In this document: in pieces, positions 25,190-35,521 of the stretch
Layout: every line of letters begins with the position of its first letter
Numbering within the stretch: the first letter of the stretch is position 1
Assembly (NCBI GenBank): GCA_964588545.1
Contig: CAZPPZ010000001.1
Location: forward strand, 16,918 to 61,179
DNA length: 44,262 nucleotides
Reading direction: 5' to 3'
DNA from: an uncultured Myxococcales bacterium
GTDB lineage: Bacteria; Desulfobacterota; Binatia; UBA1149; SPBQ01
Program-made: the position numbers and the translations under genes
The notes under the pieces: generated by a model
What the model was told of the DNA's origin: nothing
What the model saw: the letters and a program-made list of their open reading frames with translations, nothing else
Database searches by the model: none

Positions 25190-27390
25190 TCGCTGCCGTG
25201 GCTGAGCCGCGTGTAAAGGCCGGCGGTGGGCTTGCCGCGGTTCTCTACACGCTCGAGAAAGGTCGCCAGGCTGGAGGAGTCGTCGAGCTGTACCGGCGGC
25301 TACGCAGCAACAACGCGTGCAAGACTTGCGCGGTGGGAATGGGCGGGCAGGCGGGGGGGATGGTCAACGAGAGCGGCCAATTCCCCGAGGTGTGCAAGAA
25401 ATCGGTTCAGGCCCAAGCCGGTGACATGGCGGGTCCGATCGACGAAGGATTCTTCCTGCGCACGCCGATTTCGCGCATCGAGACCATGAGTGCTGCCGAA
25501 CTCCAAGCTCTTGGCCGCCTGGCTTTTCCGCTGATCGCTGAACCCGGCGACGAGTATTTTCGCCGCGTTTCTTGGCAACATTGCATCGAACGTGCGGCGC
25601 GAGCTTTGATCGAGACCGAACCTGGACAGACGTTTTTTTACTCCTCGGGGCGCTCGAGTAACGAGGCGGCTTTTCTCCTGCAGTTGGTCGCGCGCGCCTA
25701 TGGCACCAACAATGTTAATAACTGCTCGTACTACTGCCACCAAGCCTCGGGGGTAGCGCTGTCGATGGTCTACGGTTCCGGGACCTCATCGGTAACACTC
25801 GAGGATCTCGACCGTGCTGATGTCGCGCTGGTTGTCGGTGCTAACCCCGCCAGCAACCACCCGCGTTTGATCACCAAGCTGGTCGAGCTGCGCCGCCGCG
25901 GTGGTAAGGTGATTGTCATCAATCCGCTGCGTGAGCTTGGACTGGAGCGCTTTCGCGTTCCCTCTCGTTGGCGCAGCATGCTGTTTGGTTCTCGCGTTGC
26001 CGATCTATATTTGCAGCCCAATATCGGTGGCGATGTTGCGGTGTTCAAAGCTCTGCTCAAGGCGCTGATCGAGTCTGCTGCGGTAGACCGGAGCTTTATC
26101 CACCGTTCTACTAGCGGCTGGGCTGAACTCGCCGCCGACATCACCGGGAGCGATTGGGACACACTGGTGCGACAATCAGGGCTCAGCCGTGCCCAGATTC
26201 AAGAGGCCGCCGCGATGATCGCCGGCGGCGAGCGTGGAATTGTGATGTGGGCGATGGGCATCACCCATCACAGCAATGGTGTCGATAACGTTTTGGCGTT
26301 GGCCAACCTCGCGCTTTCTCGCGGTTGGCTCGGCGGGCGCGGACGCGGTTTACTTCCCATACGTGGTCACTCCAACGTGCAGGGTATCGGCTCCTGTGGC
26401 GTCGCGCCGCAGCTCAAGCAGGCATTCGCGCAGCGCTTGCTCGGGCTTTATGGCGTCGAGGTCCCGTCGGCGCCGGGGTTGGATACTTTCGCTTCTATGG
26501 AGGCGGCAGCTGAAGGTCGTATCAAAGTAGCGTTGTTGCTAGGCGGAAACTTGTTCGCTTCGAATCCCGATCGTCGTTGGGCTGGTGCAGCACTCGGGCG
26601 CATCGGTTTGACGATTGCCCTGAGTACTCATCTCAACGAAGGCCACGTCCACGGTCGCGGTGTCAGCTCGATGCTGCTGCCGGTGTTGGCTCGCGACGAA
26701 GAAAGCCAATCGACCACCCAGGAATCGATGTTTAACTTTGTCCGTCTGTCGCGAGGTGGCAGCCCGGCGGTGGCCGGGGAAATGCGCTCGGAAGTAGAAA
26801 TCATCGCTGCGCTAGCTGAACAGATATTGCCTGCGGGACGCTTTGAGTGGGGCGATATGCGATCCCATCGGCATCTTCGTGAGGAGATATCCAAGTGTGT
26901 TAGCGGGTATGAAAGGATTGCAGACATAGATGGATCGGGCGGCGAATTTCAAATCGAAGGCCGTACCTTTCACGAGCCTGTGTTTGCTACGGCCAACCGT
27001 CGCGCTGCGTTCCACGTCACGCCTTTGCCCGAACTCGAAGCCGATGGTGAGTGCTTCCGGCTGATGACCATACGCTCTGAGGGGCAGTTCAATAGCGTCG
27101 TCTACGAGAACGAAGACCTGTACCGCGGCAATACTACCCGCGATGTCGTGATGATGGCCAAGCAGGATGCCCAGCGTCTCGACCTCGAAGAAGGACAGCG
27201 AGTAGTGGTAGAGAGCGGTATCGGCGAGCTACTGGCGCGCGTGAGTGTGAGCGAGATTCGTAGCGGAAATCTTGCCATGTACTACCCCGAGGCCAACGTC
27301 CTGGTTCCGCGGGTTGTGGATCCTCGTTCGCGAACGCCATCGTTTAAGTCGGTGCTGGTGCGAGTGCGGCGTATCGACGAAAAAACGTGA
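25186..27390 (+). CDS. FdhF/YdeP-family molybdopterin oxidoreductase
   Basis: GGLAAVLYTL, NACKTCAVGMGGQ, NNCSYYCHQASG (both Cys are TGC codons here) and the MGITHHSNG pattern. The TTG start overlaps the upstream TGA stop (TTGA). Confidence 0.85.
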   Translation: MIAAVAEPRVKAGGGLAAVLYTLEKGRQAGGVVELYRRLRSNNACKTCAVGMGGQAGGMVNESGQFPEVCKKSVQAQAGDMAGPIDEGFFLRTPISRIETMSAAELQALGRLAFPLIAEPGDEYFRRVSWQHCIERAARALIETEPGQTFFYSSGRSSNEAAFLLQLVARAYGTNNVNNCSYYCHQASGVALSMVYGSGTSSVTLEDLDRADVALVVGANPASNHPRLITKLVELRRRGGKVIVINPLRELGLERFRVPSRWRSMLFGSRVADLYLQPNIGGDVAVFKALLKALIESAAVDRSFIHRSTSGWAELAADITGSDWDTLVRQSGLSRAQIQEAAAMIAGGERGIVMWAMGITHHSNGVDNVLALANLALSRGWLGGRGRGLLPIRGHSNVQGIGSCGVAPQLKQAFAQRLLGLYGVEVPSAPGLDTFASMEAAAEGRIKVALLLGGNLFASNPDRRWAGAALGRIGLTIALSTHLNEGHVHGRGVSSMLLPVLARDEESQSTTQESMFNFVRLSRGGSPAVAGEMRSEVEIIAALAEQILPAGRFEWGDMRSHRHLREEISKCVSGYERIADIDGSGGEFQIEGRTFHEPVFATANRRAAFHVTPLPELEADGECFRLMTIRSEGQFNSVVYENEDLYRGNTTRDVVMMAKQDAQRLDLEEGQRVVVESGIGELLARVSVSEIRSGNLAMYYPEANVLVPRVVDPRSRTPSFKSVLVRVRRIDEKT

Positions 27391-27464
27391 GGCCGTGCAC
27401 GTGCAAGCACGGGTTGCTCCTGATATTGACCCTGTAAGCGAGTCTCGCTGGAGGAGAGCTATCC

Positions 27465-29156
27465 ATGAGTGAAGGTCACAAAGACGGGCTGAATCGCCAC
27501 AGCCGCGCGATTACAGCAGGCGACAACCGTGCGCCCAACCGCTCGATGTTGCGGGCGGTTGGGTTTGGCGACGCAGATTTCGACAAGCCTATAGTCGGTG
27601 TCGCCAACGGTCAGAGCGATATAACGCCGTGTAACGCCGGGCTTGGTGATCTGGCTGCGGTTGGAGCCGAAGCCTTGCGAGAGGCGGGAGCGATGCCGCA
27701 GACCTTCGGTACCATAACCGTTAGTGACGGTATCTCGATGGGCACGGAAGGAATGAAGTGCTCGCTGGTGAGCCGTGAGGTTATCGCTGATTCGATCGAA
27801 ACCGTGTGCCGCGGCCAGATGCTTGATGGGATCTTGGCTGTGGGTGGATGTGATAAGAACATGCCCGGTGCCATGATTGCTATGGCGCGCCTGGATATTC
27901 CTGCCGTGTTTGTATACGGCGGTACCATTAAGCCGGGGCACTATCAGGGCCAAGACTTGACCATTGTCAGCACTTTTGAAGCCGTCGGTGAGTTTGGTGC
28001 CGGACGCATCTCGCGCGAAAATTTTTGCGAGATCGAGAAACGCGCCTGTCCGGGCAAGGGCTCGTGTGGCGGTATGTACACCGCTAACACCATGAGCAGT
28101 GCCTTCGAAGCGATCGGCATGAGTCTGCCGGGTTCCTCGACCATGGCGGCTGAGGATGCGGAGAAAGAGAAGAGTAGTGCGGATAGCGGGCGTGCCCTAG
28201 TCGAGCTGATTCGTCGTGATCTCAGCCCGCGCAAAATTTTGACCAAGAAGGCCTTCGAGAACGCCATAAGCGTCGCCATGGCAGTGGGTGGTTCTACAAA
28301 TGCAGTGTTGCATCTACTCGCCATCGCCCACGCTGCCGAGGTCGATCTGGTGCTCGACGATTTCGACCGGATCCGCGAGCGCACTCCGGTGTTCTGCGAC
28401 CTCAAGCCTTCGGGAAAGTACGTGGCGACTGATCTCCACAGGGTCGGCGGTATTCCGTTGGTAATGAAGATGCTGCTTGGCCAGGGCCTGCTCCACGGCG
28501 AGTGCATGACGGTTACTGGAAAAACCGTCGCGGAGAATCTCGAGGGTGTGGCTGAAATGCCGCCTACAGATCAGGACGTAGTCAGGCCGATCGACAAACC
28601 CATTTACGCCCAAGGACACCTCGCCATTCTTCGCGGTAATCTTGCCCCCGAGGGTAGTGTGGCTAAGATAAGCGGCATCAAGCAGCGGCGTATCAGCGGC
28701 CCGGCGCGGGTCTTCGATTGCGAAGAGGATTGCATGGCCGCGATCATGGCAGACGCCATCACGGCCGGTGATGTCATAGTCATTCGCTATGAAGGGCCCA
28801 GAGGCGGTCCGGGTATGCGCGAGATGCTCACGCCGACTTCTGCCATAATCGGCAAAGGTCTTGGTGACAGCGTCGGTTTGATTACCGATGGGCGGTTCTC
28901 CGGTGGCACCTATGGCATGGTCGTCGGCCATGTTGCGCCCGAGGCGCAAGTCGGTGGTCCATTGGCCTTGGTGCGCGAAGGCGACACCATCGTCATCGAT
29001 GCCGATGAGCGTCTGCTCCAGCTCGATGTTGCTGAGGGTGAGCTCGCCGAGCGCCGTTCGGCCTGGCAGCCGCCCCCGCCACGTTACACCACTGGAGTGC
29101 TCGCCAAGTATGCCAAGCTGGTATCGAGCGCGTCGGTAGGAGCCGTTACTGGTTGA
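27465..29156 (+). CDS. ilvD: Dihydroxy-acid dehydratase
   Basis: [22 protein letters not shown]...[17 protein letters not shown]...CDKNMPG...[16 protein letters not shown]...[14 protein letters not shown] ggaggag lies upstream. Confidence 0.95.
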   Translation: MSEGHKDGLNRHSRAITAGDNRAPNRSMLRAVGFGDADFDKPIVGVANGQSDITPCNAGLGDLAAVGAEALREAGAMPQTFGTITVSDGISMGTEGMKCSLVSREVIADSIETVCRGQMLDGILAVGGCDKNMPGAMIAMARLDIPAVFVYGGTIKPGHYQGQDLTIVSTFEAVGEFGAGRISRENFCEIEKRACPGKGSCGGMYTANTMSSAFEAIGMSLPGSSTMAAEDAEKEKSSADSGRALVELIRRDLSPRKILTKKAFENAISVAMAVGGSTNAVLHLLAIAHAAEVDLVLDDFDRIRERTPVFCDLKPSGKYVATDLHRVGGIPLVMKMLLGQGLLHGECMTVTGKTVAENLEGVAEMPPTDQDVVRPIDKPIYAQGHLAILRGNLAPEGSVAKISGIKQRRISGPARVFDCEEDCMAAIMADAITAGDVIVIRYEGPRGGPGMREMLTPTSAIIGKGLGDSVGLITDGRFSGGTYGMVVGHVAPEAQVGGPLALVREGDTIVIDADERLLQLDVAEGELAERRSAWQPPPPRYTTGVLAKYAKLVSSASVGAVTG

Positions 29157-29169
29157 TCAGCCGCCGCTC

Positions 29170-30735
29170 TTACCGGTGCTGATTGGGCTTGGCCGGTACC
29201 AAGAGGCGTCGCGCCAGTGGCGAGCGAACCAGTTCGGGGAAGGTGCTCTCTACGTCGAGCAGCCGCCGGTTGGCAATCAGGAAGAGAAGCCAAATCGCCA
29301 CTGCCAGAGGAATCCCTGTGGCGATCCCCAGAGATAGGCTGCGCTGAAGCTGGTAGAGAAGCAGCGCCGAGCACACTATCAGTAAGTACAGGCGGGCATA
29401 GCGTGCTCGAAACAGGCTTATGCCTGTGGCCATACGTAGGAACCCTTGGTTGATCAAGGCCTGCACTATCATTGCACTGCAGGCCGCCATGGCCGCGCCG
29501 AGGGCGCCGTAGGTAGGAATAAGCAACCAGTACAGCAACGCAGCAACCGCTGTGGCGGTGATGTCGGCGGTGACGATGTAGGCCATGCGGTTGTAGACGT
29601 GCAGCGTCCTTGCCGCGAAGCCGAGCACCGCGTAGACGAAGTAGCCAATCGACATCAGCGCTAAGACGTTCGCCGATTCGACGTAGCGTGTACCAAACAG
29701 AGCAACAGTAAGCGGCTTTGCCAGTGAACAGCAGGCGAGGAACAGCGGCAGAGTCAGCGCGGCAACCCACGAGGTTGTTTGCCAGTAGAGATCGCTGATC
29801 TGCTCGCGATCGTTGCGCGCAAACATCCGCGAAGCAGCCGGCACGAACAGAAACGAAAAGCTTACCAGCACGGCTTGGTTAAGCCGTGCCACCGGGAGGA
29901 CCGAGCGAAACTCAGCCACGGCTGTGGTGCTCGAGAACGACTCGAGCACCACCACTGCCAGGGATCCACGTAGCAGCAGGGCGATATCGCTGCTGAGCAG
30001 AGGAATCGCGAAAGCGTAGATTTCGCGGAAGGGAAATTCGAGTGAGCCAAAGGAAAAATGCTTGAGGAGTCCCTCGCGGCGCATTATCAACAACAGGATC
30101 GAGGTGTTGATGACAACGGCGACCACGCCAGCCAGTAAGTATGCTGTTGCCAGCAGGTACACGTTGCCGTGAACGATCATGGTAATGACGATCGCAGTCA
30201 GTTTCAGAGCTGGACCTAGAAAGTAACGGCGAAAGAATATTGCCCAGGGGTTGGCCAGTGCTGCGAACATCGAGATCAGGAACGCGTCGTAGGCTTGAAG
30301 TGGCACCAGCGCGATTAGCACCAAGAGTAATGCGACCGAAAGCTTACTGCTGACCACCGAGGTTTCGATGAATCCGCTGGCGGAATAAGTGCCAACGATG
30401 ACCATCAATCCGATAACCGCGGTGGTTGCGACTATCAGTCCAATGGTACCGAAGAGTTTGTTGTATTGACCGTGCTCTTGGTAAATCGGCAGAAAACGAG
30501 CAGCCGCCTTGTCCTGCCCCAGCGTGGCTAGACTGGTGCCGAGCGCGACGAGCGCGAGTGCGTAGGCGAAAGCGCCGTAGTCGAGCTTTGAGAGGTAGCG
30601 GACGGTGAGAACCTGAACGGCAAGGTTCATTACTAGGGCGATCACTCGGCCGGATAACAGCAGGGTGGAGCCGCGAATGTGGCTGCGAGCAGAGTCGGAC
30701 TCCTCGTTTTCAGGCGGTCGTTCGATGTTCGTCAT
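29170..30735 (-). CDS. Polysaccharide biosynthesis / oligosaccharide flippase (Wzx/MOP-type) membrane protein
   Basis: 521 aa and highly hydrophobic, with about 12-14 TM segments. The N-terminus GSTLLLSGRVIALVMNLAVQVLTVRYLSKLDYGAFAYA is typical of MOP flippases. Confidence 0.75.
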   Translation of the reverse strand: MTNIERPPENEESDSARSHIRGSTLLLSGRVIALVMNLAVQVLTVRYLSKLDYGAFAYALALVALGTSLATLGQDKAAARFLPIYQEHGQYNKLFGTIGLIVATTAVIGLMVIVGTYSASGFIETSVVSSKLSVALLLVLIALVPLQAYDAFLISMFAALANPWAIFFRRYFLGPALKLTAIVITMIVHGNVYLLATAYLLAGVVAVVINTSILLLIMRREGLLKHFSFGSLEFPFREIYAFAIPLLSSDIALLLRGSLAVVVLESFSSTTAVAEFRSVLPVARLNQAVLVSFSFLFVPAASRMFARNDREQISDLYWQTTSWVAALTLPLFLACCSLAKPLTVALFGTRYVESANVLALMSIGYFVYAVLGFAARTLHVYNRMAYIVTADITATAVAALLYWLLIPTYGALGAAMAACSAMIVQALINQGFLRMATGISLFRARYARLYLLIVCSALLLYQLQRSLSLGIATGIPLAVAIWLLFLIANRRLLDVESTFPELVRSPLARRLLVPAKPNQHR

Positions 30736-30814
30736 TATTACTGCCGGTAGTCACCGTGGCGCATCATCGAGCAAGTTTCTCGACCGAACAACCAGGCGGT
30801 GTAAGCTTACAAGC

Positions 30815-32464
30815 ATGAAAGCTTCAGATCTATTCGTTGCTTGCCTCGAAGCCGAGGGGATCGAGTATATTTTTGGTGTTCCCGGTGAGGAAAACGCCGA
30901 CTTCATGATGTCGCTGGAAGGCTCGAAGATTAAGTTCGTGCTAACCAGGCACGAGCAGGGTGCTGCCTTCATGGCCGAAGTATACGGGCGCTTGACGGGC
31001 AATCCGGCCGGATGTCTTGGCACGCTTGGGCCGGGCGCTGCCAATCTGATTACCGGTGTCGCCGACGGCAACATGGATCGCTCGCCAATGTTGGTGTTGA
31101 CCGGGCAGGGGGCGTCTACGCGTCTGCACAAAGAGTCGCATCAAGTCATGGATGTAGTTTCTATGTTTGCGCCGGTTACCAAGTGGGCTCAGACGGTTTA
31201 TCACCCGGACAATATACCCGAAATCGTCCGCAAGGCCGTCCGTTTGGCGCGCACCGAGAAGCCCGGGGCCTGTCACATCGAACTCCCGGAGAACATTGCC
31301 AAAGGTGAGTCGCGTGCTATGCCGATGCTCCCGCACCGTTTTCGCAGGCCGGTTCCCGACGACTACATAATTGACCGAGCTTTTGAGATCATCGAGCGTG
31401 CCAAGCGGCCGATCATCCTTGCCGGCAATGGTTGCATTCGAAAACGCGCGAGCAAACAGCTGCGTGGTTTCTGCCAGCGAACCGGGATCGGCGTGGTCAG
31501 CACCTTCATGGCCAAGGGCTGCGTCGATATGGATGCCGACTACTGTCTGTATACCATCGGGTTGCAGGCCAAAGACGTGGTGGCCTGTGCGGTCGATGCC
31601 GCTGATCTGGTGATTACCCTTGGCTACGACATGGTCGAGTACAACCCACGTTTGTGGAACCCGGCCGGTGACAAGCAGATAATCCATATCGATTTTCTTC
31701 CCGCCGAAATCGACACGAACTATCACCCCGAGTGCGAAATCGTCGGCGATCTTGCGCATGCCCTATGGATGCTGAACAGCCGTGTCGATGCGGCCGACGG
31801 ATTGAGTTTTGACTTGTCACAACAGGCGGCAGTACGCGCGGAGATGCAGGCTGATTTTGCCGAGCACGCCAGCGACGATAGCAAAGGTACGATTCGTCCG
31901 CAGAAAGCCTTGTGGGATGTGCGTCGCGAACTCGCTGACGACGATGTGCTGCTGTCGGATGTGGGTGCGCATAAGATGTGGATTGCGCGTTACTTCCAGT
32001 GCCGCAAGCCCAACACCTGTTTGATACCCAACGGGTTTTGTTCGATGGGCTTTGCTCTTCCTGGTGCGCTCGCTGCGTCGATAGTGTATCCAGACAGGAA
32101 AATACTGGCGATCTGCGGCGACGCCGGGTTCTTGATGAACGTTCAGGAGATGGAGACGGCGCGGCGCCTCAATAGCAATATTGTCGTCAACGTTTGGGAA
32201 GACCATGCCTATGGACTGATCGAATGGAAACAGCAGAATGAGTTCGGCCACCACACCGACCTTTCATTTGGAAATCCAGACTGGGTGGCGCTGGCTGTCG
32301 CTTTTGGTTGGAGCGGACACCGGGTAAGCGACAGCAGTGAGTTCGCGTCGACGCTGCGGCGAGCGCTCGATGAGTCTGGGCCGAGTCTGGTGGTCATCCC
32401 GATTGATTATCGAGAAAATGCCAAGCTCAGCGAGAGGCTAGGGGATATAGTATGTCCGATCTAG
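30815..32464 (+). CDS. Acetolactate synthase large subunit-type thiamine-diphosphate enzyme
   Basis: From ATG 30815: MKASDLFVACLEAEGIEYIFGVPGEEN...TRHEQGAAFMAEVYGRLTG, with the TPP motif GDAGFLMNVQEMETA....N. Confidence 0.9.
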   Translation: MKASDLFVACLEAEGIEYIFGVPGEENADFMMSLEGSKIKFVLTRHEQGAAFMAEVYGRLTGNPAGCLGTLGPGAANLITGVADGNMDRSPMLVLTGQGASTRLHKESHQVMDVVSMFAPVTKWAQTVYHPDNIPEIVRKAVRLARTEKPGACHIELPENIAKGESRAMPMLPHRFRRPVPDDYIIDRAFEIIERAKRPIILAGNGCIRKRASKQLRGFCQRTGIGVVSTFMAKGCVDMDADYCLYTIGLQAKDVVACAVDAADLVITLGYDMVEYNPRLWNPAGDKQIIHIDFLPAEIDTNYHPECEIVGDLAHALWMLNSRVDAADGLSFDLSQQAAVRAEMQADFAEHASDDSKGTIRPQKALWDVRRELADDDVLLSDVGAHKMWIARYFQCRKPNTCLIPNGFCSMGFALPGALAASIVYPDRKILAICGDAGFLMNVQEMETARRLNSNIVVNVWEDHAYGLIEWKQQNEFGHHTDLSFGNPDWVALAVAFGWSGHRVSDSSEFASTLRRALDESGPSLVVIPIDYRENAKLSERLGDIVCPI

Positions 32465-33891
32465 AACGTAGTTATCCTTACTACGTTGCCAACGAGGCGG
32501 TCGCAGCCAACACCGACATAGAGGTGTTCGACAAGTATAGTGGCAAGCTAGCTACGCGCGTGGCGCGTGCCACGCCGACGGTGATCGATGAGGCCATAGC
32601 ACGGGCTGTATCAGCGTCACCGGCGATGGCGTCTATGTACGGGTATCAACGCCAAGAAGTTCTCGATCACTGTGCGCGACGTTTTCGCGAGCGCTTTGAT
32701 GAGCTTGCTCTCGGCTTGTGCATCGAAGCCGGCAAGCCGATTCGTGATGCGCGAGGGGAAGTCACGCGGCTCATCGATACCTTCCGGCTGGCTGCCGAAG
32801 AGTCGGTCCGCATTGGTGGAGAGGTGATGCCGTTGGACGTCAGCGAGAGGGCGGCCGGCTACACGGGGATGTGGAAGCGGGTTCCGATTGGTCCGTGTTC
32901 GTTTATCTCGCCTTTTAACTTTCCGCTCAACTTGGCCGCCCACAAGATCGCTCCGGCGATCGCCTGCGGGTGCTCGTTTGTTCTCAAGCCAGCCACTCTC
33001 ACACCCGTGGGTGCGCTGATTATCGGTGAGGTGTTGGCCGAAACCGATCTCCCCAAGGGCGCCTTTTCGATCCTTCCCTGCAGTCGTGACGGTGCTGATC
33101 TGTTTACCACCGATCCTCGCCTAAAGCTGTTGAGCTTTACCGGTTCGCCCGAAGTCGGGTGGGCACTCAAGGCAAAGTCAGGAAAGAAGAAGGTAGTGTT
33201 GGAACTTGGTGGCAATGCAGCGGTGATCGTCGACGCCGATGCCGATCTGGATGATGCGGTCGATCGAATCGCGTTCGGCGCGTTCTATCAGTCGGGACAG
33301 AGCTGCATCGGGGTACAGCGCATCATCGTGCACGAGGATATATACGGAGATTTTCGAGACAAGCTCGTTGCCCGCACCAAAGAGCTTGTCATGGGTGATC
33401 CCCGCGATGAGTCTACCTTTGTCGGTCCGATGATCTCCGAGCGCGAAGCTGAGCGACTACAACGGTGGGTACGCTCAGCGGTGGCCAAGGGGGCCACGCT
33501 GCTGTGCGGTGGTACTCGTAGTGCTGCGATGCTCGAAGCCACGCTGTTGGAAGACGTGCCGGCATCTGAAGAACTGGTGTGCAAAGAGGCCTTTGGCCCG
33601 ATCGCGGTGCTGTCACGCTTCGCCGATTTTGATCGCGCTCTGCAAGCCGTCAACGATAGTGTGTTCGGGCTGCAAGCGGGGATTTTCACCCGAGATATCT
33701 ACAAGGCTCATCGTGCATGGGACACTCTAGAGGTAGGTGGGGTGGTGATCGGGGACGTGCCGTCATGGCGTGTTGATCACATGCCGTACGGTGGCGTCAA
33801 GGATAGTGGGCTGGGGCGCGAAGGAATTCGCTTCGCGATCGAGGATATGACCGAGCTGCGACTGATGGTGCTGCGCACGCCTCGGGTATGA
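32452..33891 (+). CDS. NAD(P)-dependent aldehyde dehydrogenase family protein
   Basis: FNFPLNL.AHK..PA...G, LELGGNAA and FYQSGQSCIGVQR (catalytic Cys context). It overlaps the upstream gene by 13 nt. Confidence 0.9.
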   Translation: MSDLERSYPYYVANEAVAANTDIEVFDKYSGKLATRVARATPTVIDEAIARAVSASPAMASMYGYQRQEVLDHCARRFRERFDELALGLCIEAGKPIRDARGEVTRLIDTFRLAAEESVRIGGEVMPLDVSERAAGYTGMWKRVPIGPCSFISPFNFPLNLAAHKIAPAIACGCSFVLKPATLTPVGALIIGEVLAETDLPKGAFSILPCSRDGADLFTTDPRLKLLSFTGSPEVGWALKAKSGKKKVVLELGGNAAVIVDADADLDDAVDRIAFGAFYQSGQSCIGVQRIIVHEDIYGDFRDKLVARTKELVMGDPRDESTFVGPMISEREAERLQRWVRSAVAKGATLLCGGTRSAAMLEATLLEDVPASEELVCKEAFGPIAVLSRFADFDRALQAVNDSVFGLQAGIFTRDIYKAHRAWDTLEVGGVVIGDVPSWRVDHMPYGGVKDSGLGREGIRFAIEDMTELRLMVLRTPRV

Positions 33892-33900
33892 ATGGGGCAG

Positions 33901-35067
33901 TTAGGGGAGCACCGCGCGCAGTACGCGTACGACGTTGGTGCCCATGATGCCGGTTATTTCTTCGTCGGAGAACCCACTGTCTATCAAGCCATCGACGACC
34001 TCGATCAGGCCGGTGGCATCGAAAGGTGTGGTGACGGCACCGTCGAAATCAGAGCCCAAGGCTACGTGTTCGCTGCCAACCAGGTCGGCTGTATAACGCA
34101 TCGCACGCGCGATCGCGCGGCCGTCACTACCGCACACGGCGGTTTCCCAGTAACCGATTCCGATGACTCCGCCGCTGGCAGCTATGCCGACAATCTGATC
34201 GTCACTGAGATTTCTAGTGTTGTTGCAGGTACCGCGGACCCCGCCGTGGGAAAACACCAGCGGTCGGCTGACTATGGCCAGGGTATCGTCGATGGTCTGC
34301 GCTGATGCATGGGCGAGGTCGACAAGCATCCCCAGTTGTTCCATGCGAGAGATGACCGATCGTCCCAACTCTGTGAGCCCGCCTTTTTCAATGCCGTGAG
34401 CCGATCCGCCGACCTCGGTGTCGAAAACATGGGTCGGCGCCATCATGCGAAAACCCGCATTGAACAGCACGTCTACGTTGCGTAGCTGGCCTTCGAGCAC
34501 CTGCGCACCTTCGGCTCCAAGTAACGCTCCGACGGTATCGGGGGATGCTGCACGCTTCCGTAGATAGCCATCCAGATCGTCGCGGCTCTTGATTATGCTC
34601 ATTCGGCCTTGCGAGCGCTCGGCCAAACGTTGAAGCCTCTTCGACTGAAACAACGCCCGTTCGCGCAGGCTACTCCAGCTAGCCACAGGCCAACGTTGCG
34701 ACAGGGCCACTAGAGTTATCATGTCCGACTTATCGTCGTTTCGTTCTATGTTGAGACCGTATGGAACCTTGCTGACGACCGTGAACATCTGTAGGCCCAC
34801 GTGCCCTTCTATCAAGCGCGGTAGGTCGATGTGACCGATGCTATTGCGGCGCAATAGATCCCTGCCCCATAACAGCGAATCCGCGTGAAGGTCTGCGACC
34901 AGAAGTCGTGGGTATAACGCACGAGCGTGTTGCGAGGGTGGGGGAGCCTGGCGCTGCAATACGCGATTAGCCGAGCTATCAACGAACCGAGGGACGAGGG
35001 TGAACCCCGCGACCATCGCGACAGCGATGATTGCGGCGAGAATACCTAGCATTCTAGGCATGCGCAT
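33901..35067 (-). CDS. Membrane-anchored dipeptidase (peptidase M19 family)
   Basis: N-terminal TM segment, then VADLHADSLLW, HVFDTEVGGSAHG, VDLAHAS and LGSDFDG. Confidence 0.85.
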   Translation of the reverse strand: MRMPRMLGILAAIIAVAMVAGFTLVPRFVDSSANRVLQRQAPPPSQHARALYPRLLVADLHADSLLWGRDLLRRNSIGHIDLPRLIEGHVGLQMFTVVSKVPYGLNIERNDDKSDMITLVALSQRWPVASWSSLRERALFQSKRLQRLAERSQGRMSIIKSRDDLDGYLRKRAASPDTVGALLGAEGAQVLEGQLRNVDVLFNAGFRMMAPTHVFDTEVGGSAHGIEKGGLTELGRSVISRMEQLGMLVDLAHASAQTIDDTLAIVSRPLVFSHGGVRGTCNNTRNLSDDQIVGIAASGGVIGIGYWETAVCGSDGRAIARAMRYTADLVGSEHVALGSDFDGAVTTPFDATGLIEVVDGLIDSGFSDEEITGIMGTNVVRVLRAVLP

Positions 35068-35079
35068 CGTCGATCCCTA

Positions 35080-35502
35080 TCATACCTCGACTTCGATGTA
35101 GGCTCTGCGTCCGATGCGGCCGGCCACTGCCGATCCTAGATTGAGGAGCCGGAGCTGCCAGCCGTACTTTGCGAGCATGCATTCGTTGATCTGTTGGATC
35201 AACGAATTTTCCGTGACGATACGACCGTTACCATCTTTCCATTCTCCACTGAGCGTGCCACGTACACTACACGGCGCGACACGGACGCGAGTGTCACGTC
35301 GCAGTCGTTTGATCTTGTACGACGTGCCGTCGGTAAAAAAGCACAAATGCCCGTTGAGGGTGACGAACCACATTGGCGTTTCAACCGTGGTCCCATCACG
35401 TTTAAAGGTAGCGAGATTTACGTAGCGCTCGTCGTCAAACATCGTGTCTACCAGATGGCCACGGGCGCGACGAAAACGAAAACGGCGGGCCACGCTTCGC
35501 AT
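35080..35502 (-). CDS. Pyridoxamine 5'-phosphate oxidase-fold (PPOX class, F420/FMN-binding-like) small protein
   Basis: YVNLATFKRDGTTVETPMWFV..NGHLCFFTDGTSYKIKRLRRDTRVRVAPC. The start could be 35502 or the internal ATG at 35442. It lies 12 nt upstream of the dipeptidase gene. Confidence 0.7.
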   Translation of the reverse strand: MRSVARRFRFRRARGHLVDTMFDDERYVNLATFKRDGTTVETPMWFVTLNGHLCFFTDGTSYKIKRLRRDTRVRVAPCSVRGTLSGEWKDGNGRIVTENSLIQQINECMLAKYGWQLRLLNLGSAVAGRIGRRAYIEVEV

Positions 35503-35521
35503 GGCCCGCCGTCATTACATT

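Noticed and set aside
25700-25760. Possible selenocysteine site in the YdeP/FdhF-family enzyme (NNCSYYCHQASG)
   Set aside because: Both cysteines are encoded by TGC in the sequence (aac tgc tcg tac tac tgc cac), and the ORF has no in-frame TGA.
27459-31759. Antisense ORFs inside ilvD, the flippase gene and the acetolactate synthase gene (for example 27459..27953-, 27944..28507-, 28314..28949-, 29084..29770-, 30941..31759-)
   Set aside because: Each lies wholly within a strongly supported gene on the opposite strand and has a Arg/Pro/Ser/Ala-skewed, shadow-ORF-like composition typical of GC-rich shadow ORFs.
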